Assembly: GCF_900634775.1 (NCBI RefSeq)
Contig: NC_041064.1
Location: 1,380,717 to 1,444,716, forward strand
Length of the DNA stretch: 64,000 nucleotides
Direction: 5' to 3'
DNA from: Gouania willdenowi
Lineage: Eukaryota
Shown here: one piece after another, positions 48,524 through 61,829 of the stretch
Position numbering within the stretch: position 1 is the first letter of the stretch
Layout: every line of letters begins with the position of its first letter
The notes under the pieces: model-generated
Told to the model about the DNA's origin: nothing
Databases searched by the model: none
What the model saw: only the letters and a program-made list of their open reading frames with translations
Translations under genes and position numbers: made by a program

Positions 48524-51220
48524 GAAGTAAGTAAGTATGTACATTTTTATTTATAAAGTGCTTTTTGCAGATAAAAATCACAAAGGGCTGTACAAAAAGG
48601 AGGATAAGTTAAAACAACTGGAGCAACATCATAAAAGCATAATAAAATGTAGTGAATTTACAACAACAGGAGCATTTATTAAAGAATAATAAAAGTTGAA
48701 GAAAAAAATGTTCAACCAAAAGCTTTACTGAAAAGCGAAGTCTTCAGGTGATTCTTAAGAGTTCACACAGTCAAGCTTCCGGAGGGACTGGTGAAGGTCA
48801 TTCCAGAGTCTGGGGGCCACAGCCTAAAACTCCAGGTCTCCCCGGGTTTTAAAATTAGCTTTTGGGATCTTTAGGAGACCCTGGCCTGAAGACCAAAGGC
48901 TGCGCCCTGAAGTGTAGGGGTACAACAAGTCTGCGATATACTGAGGGGCCTGACCATGCAAAGCACTGAAAGTCAGGACTGCAATTTTAAACAATATGCA
49001 AAATTTGACCGGTAGCCAATGAAAACTTGTAAGAATCGGGGTAATTTGGGCTTGCAGCATCATTCTGTACGATCTGAAGTCTGTTCAGTCGACTTGTTAA
49101 AACAAGTAAAAACAAAATTACAATAATCAATGCAAGACAATATAAACGCGTGGATGATCATTTCGAGATCTGATTATGACAAGAGATTTCTCACTTTAAA
49201 GATATTTCTCAGGGGGTAAAATCAGTTTTCGGTTAGTTGACAACAGTGCCCTTCCAAATACATTGACTGATCAAACACAACCACAAGGTTTCTGAGGTTG
49301 GTTTTCACAGATGAGTCCAGAGCACCAAGGGAGTTCTTAATCAGGGGGATCTTTTTATCAGGAGCGATGATCAGAGTGTCGATTTGTTGGAGTTTATTTG
49401 AAGATAATTTGATGACAACCAGTTTTTGATTAAAGACACACAATCCAAGAACTCAGATAAACAGTGAAACTCTTTGTCATAAAAGGAGCAATACAGCTGA
49501 ATATCATCTGCATAGAAATAAGACACATTTTCAAAACCACGGGAAAACCAACCAAGAGGCATCAGGTACAATAAAAACAAAACAGGCCCCAGAACAGAGC
49601 CCTGGGCTACTCCACATGACAGGTTGGACACATTGGACATTACATCGTTAATAGTAACAAAAGTTCTTCCATTTTTATAAGAAGTAAACCACTGGAGAAC
49701 AGCTCCAGAAAACCTCATCTCAGATTTGAATCGATCAACCAGTATACTGTGATCTACAGAGTCAAAGGCAGATGTTAAATGAAGTAAAACCAAAACTGTG
49801 TCGTGACCAGAGTCAGCAGCCGTCACCACGTCACTGGAAACTTTGACAAGAGCAGTTTCAGTGGAGTGGATTGACCTGAAGCCAGATATATATTTATCAT
49901 GAAAATCATGCTGTTTCAAGAATGTGGTTAGCTGCTTATCCACAACTTTTTCCCTTATTTTTGACATGAGGAGAAGTTTAGATATGGGCCGGTAATTTAT
50001 AGGCTCCCCGGGATCAATATGAGGCTTTTTAAGAATGGGATTCACAATAGCATGTTTAAAGAAGCTGGGGACTGAGCCAGATTGAAGTGAAAGGTTTATC
50101 AAATTTACCATCTAACACGCAATGAGGGTTCATCTTTCCCACTAAAACCTGAACATCCAGTAGGCTGACAGGAGTGAAGGAGGACCTTGAGCACACAGGG
50201 GCAGATTCAGTGCACAAGCTAACCAAGGGAGGAGTGATACTGGCCCTAATGTCTTGCACTTTGTTCACAAATAAGTTCAGAAAATTATTGGAGTCATCCT
50301 TTGTGTGCACAGGCACATGGGGGATGGGGGCGCAACAAGATTTTCAATAGTGTCAAATAAGACTTTTAGGGTTCTCTTGTTACGCAAAACAAGATTTGAG
50401 AAAGAAGCTGAGCAAGCAAGTTTTATTTCATTTAGCTCCATTATCATTTCTTTAAGAAGTGAATTCATCAAGAAATAATTGAGCACGACCAGGAGGTTGG
50501 TAGACTAAAACAAAGTTAAAAGGGTGTTCGTTTCCAACCTTACACGTCTGAAACTTGAAGGAGTTGTACGTGTTCGTGTCCATCAGTCTGCAGCCAAGAA
50601 AGTCACGGTATACTAGCCCCAAACTGCCTCCATGACGCGTGAGTTGAGGAGTCCCAACCACGAAGCAGTCCGGAGGGCACAGTTCAATAAGATGAACAAA
50701 CTCATTCTCCCGCTACCAGGTCTCCATGAGGCACATAACATCCAGCTCGCGGGACATGAAAAAGTCCTTCAGGAGATGTGCTTTGTTGGCTAGTGATCTA
50801 GAATTCTACTGGCACCAGCGTAGACACTTCCTCGTAAGCCCATGGAGAGCTGTGGTGCAGCGGCCGAAGGGATCCCTAATCCACACCACGGTGCCGGAGT
50901 CCACCGCGTCGACCCCATTTTTTGGCAGGCTTCCTCCGCGGGACAGGTGAGCGCAGCAGATCAGCAGGTACTAAAGCCAAGTGTGGAAGAAGTCCAGAAG
51001 CTTGATCCTCAAAGTTGTAGTTTAGACACACCTCATAAGATCAGTTAAGATTAATAAGTGCCTGACGGTCATACACTATCAATGCAGTGATATTTTGGCA
51101 CAAAATACCGAACAATGCAGCAACAAACAATAGTTTCTGCAGAGCAGATGCTAGCGCTATCTTGTCAAGGCTATAGTTACCAGCTAGCTGTCAGTGTTAG
51201 CCTCTAGCTAACAACCTCAA
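48524..51220 (-). mobile_element. L2-clade LINE, unit 3 copy.
   Basis: Minus-strand ORFs 49371-50111 (RT), 50452-50661 (EN) and 48824-49063 (C-terminus) are paralogous to unit 1. Confidence 0.75.
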
Positions 51221-51489
51221 CTCCCTGCCTGTGCACCCACTCACAAGGGATAGAGGCCAAAGCCCCTCACACCAGAGGATTCGGAGACTCCAGAGCCCAA
51301 CTCTTTCGATGCAAGAATAAAATATCGAGCCAAGACACACACCAGGTCTGCTCGAGCTGCTTAGGGCTGGAACATGCCTGGGTGGCGGTCGATGTTCCCG
51401 GCTCCTGTTGACACTGTGCGGTGTTCACAGTGAAGAGTCTCCACAGACGCCATGCTAGCTTGTCTGGGCTGGGGATTGGTGAAAGACAT

Positions 51490-54400
51490 CCTTGAACTGG
51501 ACTGTGGGCAGGGTTAAGATGCCGCCTCTGAACCCCTCATATCAGAGAATGAAGAGGAAGACACTGTCTTCATCACTCCAGCCCTCCGTTGCCTCTCGGA
51601 ATGGAGATGAGGGAAGCACACCAGCTGCAATTCTCAATGGCTCGAATATGCTCGATGTGTGCAAACGCACTGCTGCCCGGCAAGCCATTCTCTGTCAGAA
51701 AAGAATTCCCACGGCCAAGGGTGCACCAAGGCATTTTTCCCCGTCTTCCGGAGCTGCTCAAAGTAGCGCATTCATGGAAGGACCGCCCCATTAGCACCAG
51801 AAGCGCGCTGCCCGGTGCCTCATCACCACAGCCAACACAGCATAACGTGGATGGCTGTTCATCATAGGAATGGGATCCACACAAGGTTCCTGCTGCTTAA
51901 CAGAAGGTTTTCCTTGCCGCCATGATGAATTCATGTTGGGTGTGGGATACATATGTATGTGTATATACGTATATATGCATATGTGTGAATCCATAAAATG
52001 AAGAGTCCGTCCTTAAGACTGCTCTACTGTAAAGTGTCTTGAGATACCATTGGTTTTGATTTGGCGCTATACAAATAAAAGATTGATTGATTGATTGATT
52101 GATCCCTCAACTGTGAAGCAGACCCAGGCACCCCTGGAATGCCTGGGTATTGCTCCACTTTCTTCCGGTGGAGCCACTCGTTAAGCAACTGTCAGCAGTG
52201 TCCTCCCGGAGGCCGAGCCTGCCATCCAAGTCTGACCGTCTCCAGTCAGCCCTGACTGAGAAGGCTTACAAGGCAGTGGCGCTTACTGTAAGAGCGCTCA
52301 ACGTCCTCTCCCTGCACACTGCCTATCAGGCTGAGCTCTGCAAGGTTTTTGGGCCAACTCAGGACCCGGCAGGTGGGAGGAGATGTCAGTTGTCACCGAC
52401 CTGTGTCTTTAACGCTAAGCAGTCCAGGCGACAGGGAGAGTGATGGAGCTATAGTGCTGCGAGAAACCTGTCGGACAGAGAAATGGGTGATGTCCTGGAC
52501 ATGCCAGTAGTCCCAGAGGGGGTTTTTGGATCCGCAATGGTGGTGTGAAGCAAACAATAAGGATGACGAGGCACCCCGCTTCTGTTTCTCTTGTAAAACC
52601 CCAGCTGCATCTCAGGGCTTGCAGTTTAAAATGTCTAAACTGTCTGTGCCCTGGCCCGTCCTGCCGTCTCAAAACAGTCTTTCTGGCTGGTCCAATAAGC
52701 CTTCGGCCTTGGCTACAGCTCCGCCGGCACAGCCTGCGCAGCATGCCCAGGCCAGGAAGAAGAAGAGAGCAGCCTGACAGTAACACAGCTGGAAGTCCCT
52801 CGTTTTCCAGCTCCACCTATTTTGCTTTCAAGCTTGCACTCGTGGGTCCCCCATGCCCCTGTCTCCCCGCTACCACACCTCGGACCGGAGGTCGCCTTGA
52901 AAGATGGACATGTTACGATGAAGGACTCAGCGGTTTCCCCTCTTTCATGTCCACAAGCATGCACACACACACACACACGATTTATTTAAAATAATATGTG
53001 TCTCGCTGTTGCACCCAGGCCAAGGGCCGAGGGCGCAGGAAATGAAAGCAAAATCTGTCACAATAAGCAGCACGGTGACTCCCTTTGTTCCCCTCGGGTG
53101 AGCAGACGATGCTCGCCCTGCGGTATTTGCTCTATCTTGGATCTATGTGCACTGAACAGATACAGGTTCAGGCTGCTTACGCACACCTCCCTGCTGCGTC
53201 TTGTGCGACAGAACAATTGGTTCACGTCTGTCGATCTGAAGGACGCGTATTTCCACATCTCAATATATCCTCCCAACAGAAAGTATCTGAAAAGCTTTCC
53301 AGGGGATAGGTTACATATACCGCGTGCTCACTCTCTTCTGCTTCTTGACAAAGGGACAAAGGCAGTCGCATTTTTCTTCTCCCGCTCTCCTCCCTATCTA
53401 CCCTTGCTGCTTGTTTTGTCTGCTGCTATTAGGAGACTCTCTTTGTATTCATCCAAAACCGAAACTATGAAATTGGTCTGCTGGTCATTTAATGTTATTT
53501 ATAAAGTTTTTTCAATGAAAAGACCAGGCCGAGGTGAGCCTGCATGCCCTGATGGCTCTTTTTGAGCTGGATACACAATAAATTCCTGGAAGGTTGTATG
53601 TCTGTCACTATTTTCCATTGCTTTGGTTTTCGCCGGCCCTCTACCCCCCACCTTCCCCTCCAGCTCATGGAAGTGTGTGGAGCAGCGCCTACTACTGGCT
53701 GCATGCTGCGCCCCCCTACCCCAGCGGCTGGATATCCCCTCCCCCTCTTCGCCCTGACCCACGTCCAACGCCCAACATCCCATGTGCTATACTGTGACTG
53801 TGTTATCTTATTTGTGTTTTTCTAGCTGAGAGGTTTTGTCTGGTATTCTATTACGTTACCTGTCCTACCTGGGTTTTGTGATAAACTCGGAAAAGAGCAT
53901 GTTGTCCCCAGCATAGGAAATGGCCTTCCTGGTACTATCCCTGCATTCAGTGTCTTTCACGAAGCACCTCTCAGTGGAACGGGTGAAAGCGTTCAGGGCA
54001 TGCCTCACACTTTTCCAACTGTGCAAATCTGTTCAATTCAGATTATGTCTTCGGGTATTCGGGCTGATGGCATCTGTCATCCTCGTACTCTGCCTCGGTC
54101 GCCTCCAGAATTCCAGCTGTGGGTGGACTCGTGCGGGCTGGACCACATACAGAATGGCACACGGAGGGTACTGGTCAAGCCGGAGTGTGCCGAGGCTTTA
54201 TGCAGTCCCTACCGGGGGCTGTCGTGTCCAGGAAGGTGGTCATCATGGACACTAGCCTGAAAGGCTGGGGTTCACGAGGGCCGGTCTCTGAGGGGCCACT
54301 GGAGTGTGGACCTCCAGCGCTCTCGCATATATTATTTGGAGCTTTCAGCGGTTTTACTCTCGCTGAAAAGTATCCTCCCGTCTCTCATGGGACACCATGT

Positions 54401-55975
54401 CCTGGTGAAGATGGACAATACAACGACGATTGCGTATATCAACGCCAGGGTGGATTGCTCTGCTGTTGGTTGCATATGTTGGCACGCAAACTGATTCTGT
54501 GGAGTTGTGGTTGCTTCCTCTCTCACACACATCCAGAGAATCCTGGACACGGACGCTAACCTGTTGTCCAAGGACGCGCTGCTGTACGGGGTGTGGATGT
54601 TACACCCGTATGTAGTGCAACAGTTCCTGACCCGTTCCGAGTTCTGTTCACCGAGGCAGGAGATACACAGTGTACGCTGTTTAACTCCCTGCACAGCACG
54701 GGCGCTCCCCTCGGCAATAGGCGCACTAGCGCACATTTGGCCGCGCTTGTTTCTTTATGTTATTCCCCCAGTTGGCTCTGTTGCCCCCTATTCTGACCAG
54801 GGTGAGGGAGCATGAAACCACTGATCCTGGTGGCTCCACATTGGCCTGCGATGCACTGGCTGGTAGAGATTTACCAGTTACTGCGCGCTCGCCCCTGGCA
54901 GCTCCCGCTGCGCAGGGACTTGCTGTCGCAGGGAAAGGGCACGGTTTTCCACCCAAATCCGGAGTGCTTGGTGCTGTGGGTTTCACCCCTGAGTGGTTCA
55001 ATCTTTCAGCTGTGGGATTCTCACAGTGTGATCTCTACTATACAGATTGCCCGAGCATTTGGGGATGGTGTCACCAGAAGGGACATACCCCTTTTTAGTG
55101 TCCGGCAAGAATGATTTTGTCATTTCTGCAGGATCTGATTAACGAACGGAAAGACTGTGACAGTGTGTTTGGCAGTGATTGCCACTTGTCATGTGGGCTT
55201 TGGGAAGAAAACAGCAAGCCAACACCCAGTGATTTGCCATTTTGTGAAAGGAGCATGCAGCCTCCTCCCCGTGTCCAGACCGCTGGTGCCACCGTGGGAT
55301 CTGGCAGTGGAGGGACAAAAATGTCTTTCTTTTGAACCGCTAAGGGAGACAGACTTCAAGTTTGTTTCTCTGAAAACAGTTTTGTCACTGGCTCTGGTGG
55401 GTCAGTGACATCCATGCGTTTTTGGTGCACCCGTCATCCGCTCAGCTCTTCCCGGGCAATGTAAGGCTGATTTTGAAGACGAACTTGGCCTTTGTACTGA
55501 AGGTGTTTGGCTCATGTTCTCCAATTGACCTCATGGCCTTCTCTATCTTATAGGGTGAGCAGCGGCCTCATATGTTGTATCCGGTCTTTGCAGTGCACGC
55601 TTACAGTGCATGGACATGACGGGGAGCTTCAACTGTTCGTCTTCTGGGCTAATCTTCATAAGGGAAAACCTGTCACAAAGCAGCGCCTGTCCCCCTTTGT
55701 GGTGGAGACTGGTACCCTGCTGTGCCTGGGGGGTAGAGGTTGCCGGCGTGCTCTGTGGGGCCTGTATGGTTCTGGGGGTGCCACGTGGTCCCTGGGGCCT
55801 CGCGGCGCCGCTTGCGTTCCTCTCCGGTTGCTTGCTGTCTGGACAGGCCGTGCTCACAGCAAACAGGCCTCCTACACAGACAATTCACTTAATTTCCAAC
55901 TGGTCTGGCTCTTTCACGTTGTGCATCACACCCCTATCCAACCCATGGGGGTCTGATTGATTGGGGTCCCGTGCC
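51490..55975 (+). mobile_element. DIRS-like YR retroelement, unit 3 copy, degenerate. It carries a short nested LINE tail insert and retains a ~370-bp internal segment (54700-55110) that is missing from units 1 and 2.
   Basis: Paralogous ORFs: RT ~53190-53300, RNase H 54119-54560, an additional domain MKPLILVAPHWPAMHWLVEIYQLLRARPWQLPL (54812-55114), and the YR region 55507-55960. Confidence 0.7.
51835..52102 (+). mobile_element. Very short 5'-truncated copy (3'UTR only, ~270 bp) of the (TGAT)n-tailed LINE family, inserted in the unit 3 DIRS gag-like region.
   Basis: Nearly identical to 38459-38717 (...cacagcataacgtggatggctgttcatcataggaatggg...gcgctatacaaataaaagattgattgattgattgattga). Absent at the orthologous site of unit 1 (29035-29095) and unit 2. 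Confidence 0.7.
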
Positions 55976-56445
55976 ACTAATGCTTTTTATGTTTTATTAA
56001 GCTTAACATGTAAACATCAGTCTTGTGGAAAAAGTGTGTGTGCAGGCCGTCTCTGAGGGAGATCTTAAAAAATGTGAGTAAAGTAGAATCATCATCTGAA
56101 TCTGTTCTAGTGTCTAAAGGACCCTTAACTGAGCAAATGATTTGTCACACAAGTATAAGAACACCTGAAACCTGGACAATTTGGTGTTATCAAATTAATA
56201 GAAACGACATCTGGATGGTGTAAAGCAACCTGTATGATGTCATCAAGAATAGACGCCCTCACAGGAGCAAGAATACTTTCTGTTTTTATCATTACGTAAC
56301 TTGTAGAACCATAGGTCTCTGAGGGAGGTTCCATCCTCAGGTCCAGCCTCCACATCCCTGTGTTTGAGCAGGAATAATATATCAGTTGTACATCAGAGAG
56401 CCTGAGGCAGAACGCTGCAGAGCTCAGCAGGTTCTCCTCCTCACT

Positions 56446-56618
56446 ATGAGCACACCTGATGAAGCTGAGCTCTGCTATCCACACCTGGGAAACTCCTCGT
56501 GCAGGAGGATCATGCGCTCTCACTCAGTGTCTGTGCTCATTTCCATCATCCTGTCCTCCATCTCTGTGCTCACTGTGACCCTCAACCTGCTGGTCATCAT
56601 CTCTATCTCACACTTCAA
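56446..56618 (+). CDS. TAAR-family GPCR, copy 4, exon 1.
   Basis: Identical in protein to exon 1 of copy 1. Confidence 0.8.
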
Positions 56619-56755
56619 GTAATGACATGTTCTGTTGTTTAATGAACTGTTGTTACATTGTTGAATGTTTCTGTGTTTGACTCCTGCTGTTATCTGCTTT
56701 GATCAGAACTGTCGTATAATATAATGATCAGTGTGTTGCTCTCTAACTCCTGCAG

Positions 56756-57566
56756 GAAGCTGCACACTCCCACCAACTTCCTCCTCCTCTCTCTCGCTCT
56801 GTCAGATTTCTCTGTGGGATTTGTTTGGATTTTTCAGATCCTGCTCTTAGACGGCTGCTGGTATTTCAGTGATGGCTGGTGTGTCTTTAATGCATTCTTA
56901 ACTTCTATTTCAACTGCTGCTTCAGTAGGAACTGTTGTGCTGATATCAGTTGATCGTTATGTGGCTGTTTGTGATCCAATTCACTATTCTACCAAAGTTA
57001 CTCCAAACACAGCAAAGATGAGTGTTGTCTTATGTTGGTTTTGTTCTGTGGTCTGTTACACTACAATGCTCAAAGACAATATAAAACATCCAGGTGGGTT
57101 TAATACCTGTGTAGGAGAGTGTGTAATTTATGTACCTCCGGTTGCAGGAATTGTGAGTCTCCTTCTGAAATTCCTCATTCCAGTGAGTATCATAGTGGTC
57201 TTGTATGTGAGAGTGTTTGCAGTGGCTGTGTCTCAGGCCCGGGCCATGCGCTCTCATGTTACAGTGGTGACACTTCATGGATCACTGAAGGTTAACAGAT
57301 CAGAGCTGAAAGCAGCCAGAGCTCTGGGTGTAGTGGTTGTTGTGTCTATAATGTGTTTATCTCCACTTTATATTGCTACACTTTCAGCAGGGTTTGCAGG
57401 GTTAAAGGCATCATCTTATGTTGCTTTTTTATGTGTGTTTTTAATCAACTCCTTACTAAACCCTGTGATCTATGCATTTCTGTATCCTTGGTTCAGGAAA
57501 TGTGTGAAATGTATTTTTTCTCTTCAGATTCTGAAGTCTGGTTCCAGTGAGGCCAACATACTGTAA
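56756..57566 (+). CDS. TAAR-family GPCR, copy 4, exon 2. Stop at 57564-57566. This is the most divergent copy.
   Basis: Same scaffold as the others. TM5 is the copy 2 type (AGIVSLLLKFLIP). Unique changes in TM3 (FLTSISTAASVGT), TM4 (CWFCSVVCYTTML), ECL2 (DNIKHPGG) and TM7 (AFLCVFLINS). Confidence 0.85.
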
Positions 57567-58861
57567 AGAGAGAGAGAGAGAGACTGCTGATGTGTAATTG
57601 TATCACACTGTGCTGTTGATGTCTGAAAATCTTCTTCTCAAACTGTGATGATTGTAGAGAGCAGCTGCTCACATGCAAAGTTTGTGTTGATGATATTTGG
57701 GAGTTGCCCTTGAAATAAAATGTGGATGATCTGCACACTAATGATGATTTGATCCAATGATTGGGATAAGTGGTGAGAAATACTTTGAGGTGAGGAAACA
57801 AATGAATGTTATTATGTAGTGATGAAACCAAATCAGGGTCTTGACATGAACTCAGGCGTTTAACTTTAACTTTACAAGCAGGATAAATTGATGATCTTTA
57901 AATGAAAAATCCTCAGACAAATGTGAACAAACACTTGAAGGCCTGAACCTCACTGCATTATTCCTTTCATAACAGTAAAAACAATCAGAATAGGAGAGTT
58001 ACATGTAACACTGTCTCTGTGTGCAGCATCACTGCCTGAAATCTAATCTACAGATGTGCCAAATGTTATAAAACATGATGATGATATGATTCAGTGCCAG
58101 TGAGAACGACTCAAAGAATCATTTGAAGACTTTTCTTGATTATTCTAAATAGAATTACAATATTAATGTGAATAATCAGAATTTAAAGCAATTTAAACAT
58201 AAATACATATTGTGTATTTTCTTGAAGCGTAAGTGTTAAAGGGATAAAGCTGTAAAAAGGGGTGTATATACTTGTGTATGTGTGGACAGATGAATGTATA
58301 GTGGATCACATGAATTGTCGACCTTTGTACCAGATCTTTTATTGAACAGCTCCGATGACAGATGACAAGAGTCATACTATTTAAGAGTCGTACTATTTAA
58401 GAGTAGTATTATTTAAGAGTAGTATTATTTAAGAGTAGTATTATTTCCCAGTGTAATTTAATCTAGTTCGTCACAAGCAGAGTTTTAACAGACTAAGCAC
58501 ACATGCAGGTGGACGGAGGAAGAAGTCTGTCTCTCTTCATGTCTAAGTCTATCTTTCTATCTGCATCTGTTCAAGCACAGTTATCCTCCTTTGTACCCAG
58601 CAGAGTCTGGTCCAAACGTGATTTATCCATATACACCAGGACAGTCTAGCTCTGCTCTCTGTGTCAAAACTGCACAATGTGTAAGTATTCAAACCAAAGC
58701 AACAGAGTGTCAGGGCCTACCAGGGACAGACATTGAAAAATACTGGTAGTGGGCCATCAAAATGGAACATTTTATTCCTCAACCCCCATAAAATGTATTA
58801 ATGACCAAATCAGTAAATGTAGTTCTCTTTCATAATCTGGTTCGATGTCTAAGTAATGTAG

Positions 58862-61560
58862 AAGTAAGTAAGTATGTACATTTTTATTTATAAAGTGCTT
58901 TTTGCAGATAAAAATCACAAAGGGCTGTACAAAATAGAGGATAAGTTAAAACAACTGGAGCAACATCATAAAAGCATAATAAAATGTAAGTGAATTTACA
59001 ACAACAGGAGCATTTATTAAAGAATAATAAAAGTTGAAAAAAAAAATGTTTAACCAAAAGCTTTACTGAAAAGTGAAGTCTTCAGGTGATTCTTAAGAGT
59101 TCACACAGTCAAGCTTCCGGAGGGACTGGTGAAGGTCATTCCAGAGTCTGGGGGCCACAGCCTAGAACTCCAGGTCTCCCTGGGTTTTAAAATTAGCTTT
59201 TGGGATCTTTAGGAGACCCTGGCCTGAAGACCAAAGGCTGCGCCCTGAAGTGGAGGGGTACAACAAGTCTGCGATATACTGAGGGGCCTGACCATGCAAA
59301 GCACTGAAAGTCAGGACTGCAATTTTAAACAATATGCAAAATTTGACCGGTAGCCAATGAAGACTTGTAAGAATCGGGGTAATTTGGGCTTGCAGCATCA
59401 TTCTGTACGATCTGAAGTCTGCTCAGTCGACTTGTTAAAACAAGTAAAAACAAAATTACAATAATCAATGCAAGACGATATAAACGCGTGGATGATCATT
59501 TCGAGATCTGATTATGACAAGAGATTTCTCACTTTAAAGATATTTCTCAGGGGGTAAAATCAGTTTTCGGTCAGTTGACAACAGTGCCCTTCCAAATACA
59601 TTGACTGATCAAACACAACCACAAGGTTTCTGAGGTTGGTTTTCACAGATGAGTCCAGAGCACCAAGGGAGTTCTTAATCAGGGGGATCTTTTTATCAGG
59701 AGCGATGATCAGAGTGTCGATTTGTTGGAGTTTATTTGAAGATAATTTGATGACAACCAGTTTTTGATTAAAGACACACAATCCAAGAACTCAGATAAAC
59801 AGTGAAACTCTTTGTCATAAAAGGAGCAATATAGCTGAATATCATCTGCATAGAAATAAGACACATTTTCAAAACCACGGATAAACCAACCAAGAGGCAT
59901 CAGGTACAATAAAAACAAAACAGGCCCCAGAACAGAGCCCTGGGCTACTCCACATGACAGGTTGGACACATTGGACATTACATCGTTAATAGTAACAAAA
60001 GTTCTTCCATTTTTATAAGAAATAAACCACTGGAGAAAAGCTCCAGAAAACCTCATCTCAGATTTGAGTCGATCAACCAGTATACTGTGATCTACAGAGT
60101 CAAAGGCAGATGTTAAATGAAGTAAAACCAAAACTGTGTCGTGACCAGAGTCAGCAGCCGTCACCACGTCACTGGAAACTTTGACAAGAGCAGTTTCAGT
60201 GGAGTGGATTGACCTGAAGCCAGATATATATTTATCATGAAAATCATGCTGTTTCAAGAATGTGGTTAGCTGCTTATCCACAACTTTTTCCCTTATTTTT
60301 GACATGAGGAGAAGTTTAGATATGGGCCGGTAATTTATAGGCTCCCCGGGATCAATATGAGGCTTTTTAAGAATGGGATTCACAATAGCATGTTTAAAGA
60401 AGCTGGGGACTGAGCCAGATTGAAGTGAAAGGTTTATCAAATTTACCATCTAACACGCAATGAGGGTTCATCTTTCCCACTAAAACCTGAACATCCAGTA
60501 GGCTGACAGGAGTGAAGGAGGACCTTGAGCACACAGGGGCTGATGCAGTGCACAAGCTAACCAAGGGAGGAGTGATACTGGCCCTAATGTCTTGCACTTT
60601 GTTCACAAATAAGTTTAGAAAATTATTGGAGTCATCCTTTGTGTGCACAGGCACATGGGGGGATGGGGGCGCAACAAGATTTTCAATAGTGTCAAATAAG
60701 ACTTTTGGGGTTCTCTTGTTACGCAAAACAAGATTTGAGAAAGAAGCTGAGCAAGCAACTTTTATTTCATTTAGCTCCATTATCATTTCTTTAAGAAGTG
60801 AATTCATCAAGAAATTATTGAGCACGACCAGGAGGTTGGTAGACTAAAACAAAGTTAAAAGGGTGTTCGTTTCCAACCTTACACGTCTGAAACTTGAAGG
60901 AGTTGTACGTGTTCGTGTCCATCAGTCTGCAGCCAAGAAAGTCACGGTATACTAGCCCCAAACTGCCTCCATGACGCGTGAGTTGAGGAGTCCCAACCAG
61001 GAAGCAGTCCGGAGGGCACAGTTCAATAAGATGAACAAACTCATTCTCCCGCTGCCAGGTCTCCATGAGGCACAAAACATCCAGCTCGCGGGACATGAAA
61101 AAGTCCTTCAGGAGATGTGCTTTGTTGGCTAGTGATCTAGCATTCTACTGGCACCAGCGTAGACACTTCCTCGTAAGCCCATGGAGAGCTGTGGTGCAGC
61201 GGCCGAAGGGATCCCTAATCCACACCACGGTGCCGGAGTCCACCGCGTCGACCCCATTTTTTGGCAGGCTTCCTCCGCGGGACAGGTGAGCGCAGCAGAT
61301 CAGCAGGTACTAAAGCCAAGTGTGGAAGAAGTCCAGATACTTGATCCTCAAAGTTGTAGTTTAGACACACCTCATAAGATTAGTTAAGATTAATAAGTGC
61401 CTGACGGTCATACACTATCAATGCAGTGATATTTTGGCACAAAATACCGAACAATGCAGCAACAAACAATAGTTTCAGCAGAGCAGACGCTAGCGTCATC
61501 TTGTCAAGGCTATAGTGACCAGCTAGCTGTCAGTGTTAGCCTCTAGCTAACAACCTCAAC
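58862..61560 (-). mobile_element. L2-clade LINE, unit 4 copy.
   Basis: Minus-strand ORFs 59709-60449 (RT), 60394-60825, 60815-61096 (EN) and 59162-59401 (C-terminus). Confidence 0.75.
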
Positions 61561-61829
61561 TCCCTGCCTGTGCACCCACTCACAAGGGATAGAGGCCAAA
61601 GCCCCTCACACCAGAGGATTCGGAGACTCCAGAGCCCAACTCTTTCGATGCAAGAATAAAATATCGAGCCAATACACACACCGGGTCTGCTCGAGCTGCT
61701 TGGGGCTGGAACATGCCTGGCTGGCGGTCAATGTTCCCGGCTCCTGTTGACACTGTGCGGTGTTCACAGTGAAGAGTCTCCACAGACGCCATGCTAGCTT
61801 GTCTGGGCTGGGGATCGGTGAAAGACATC

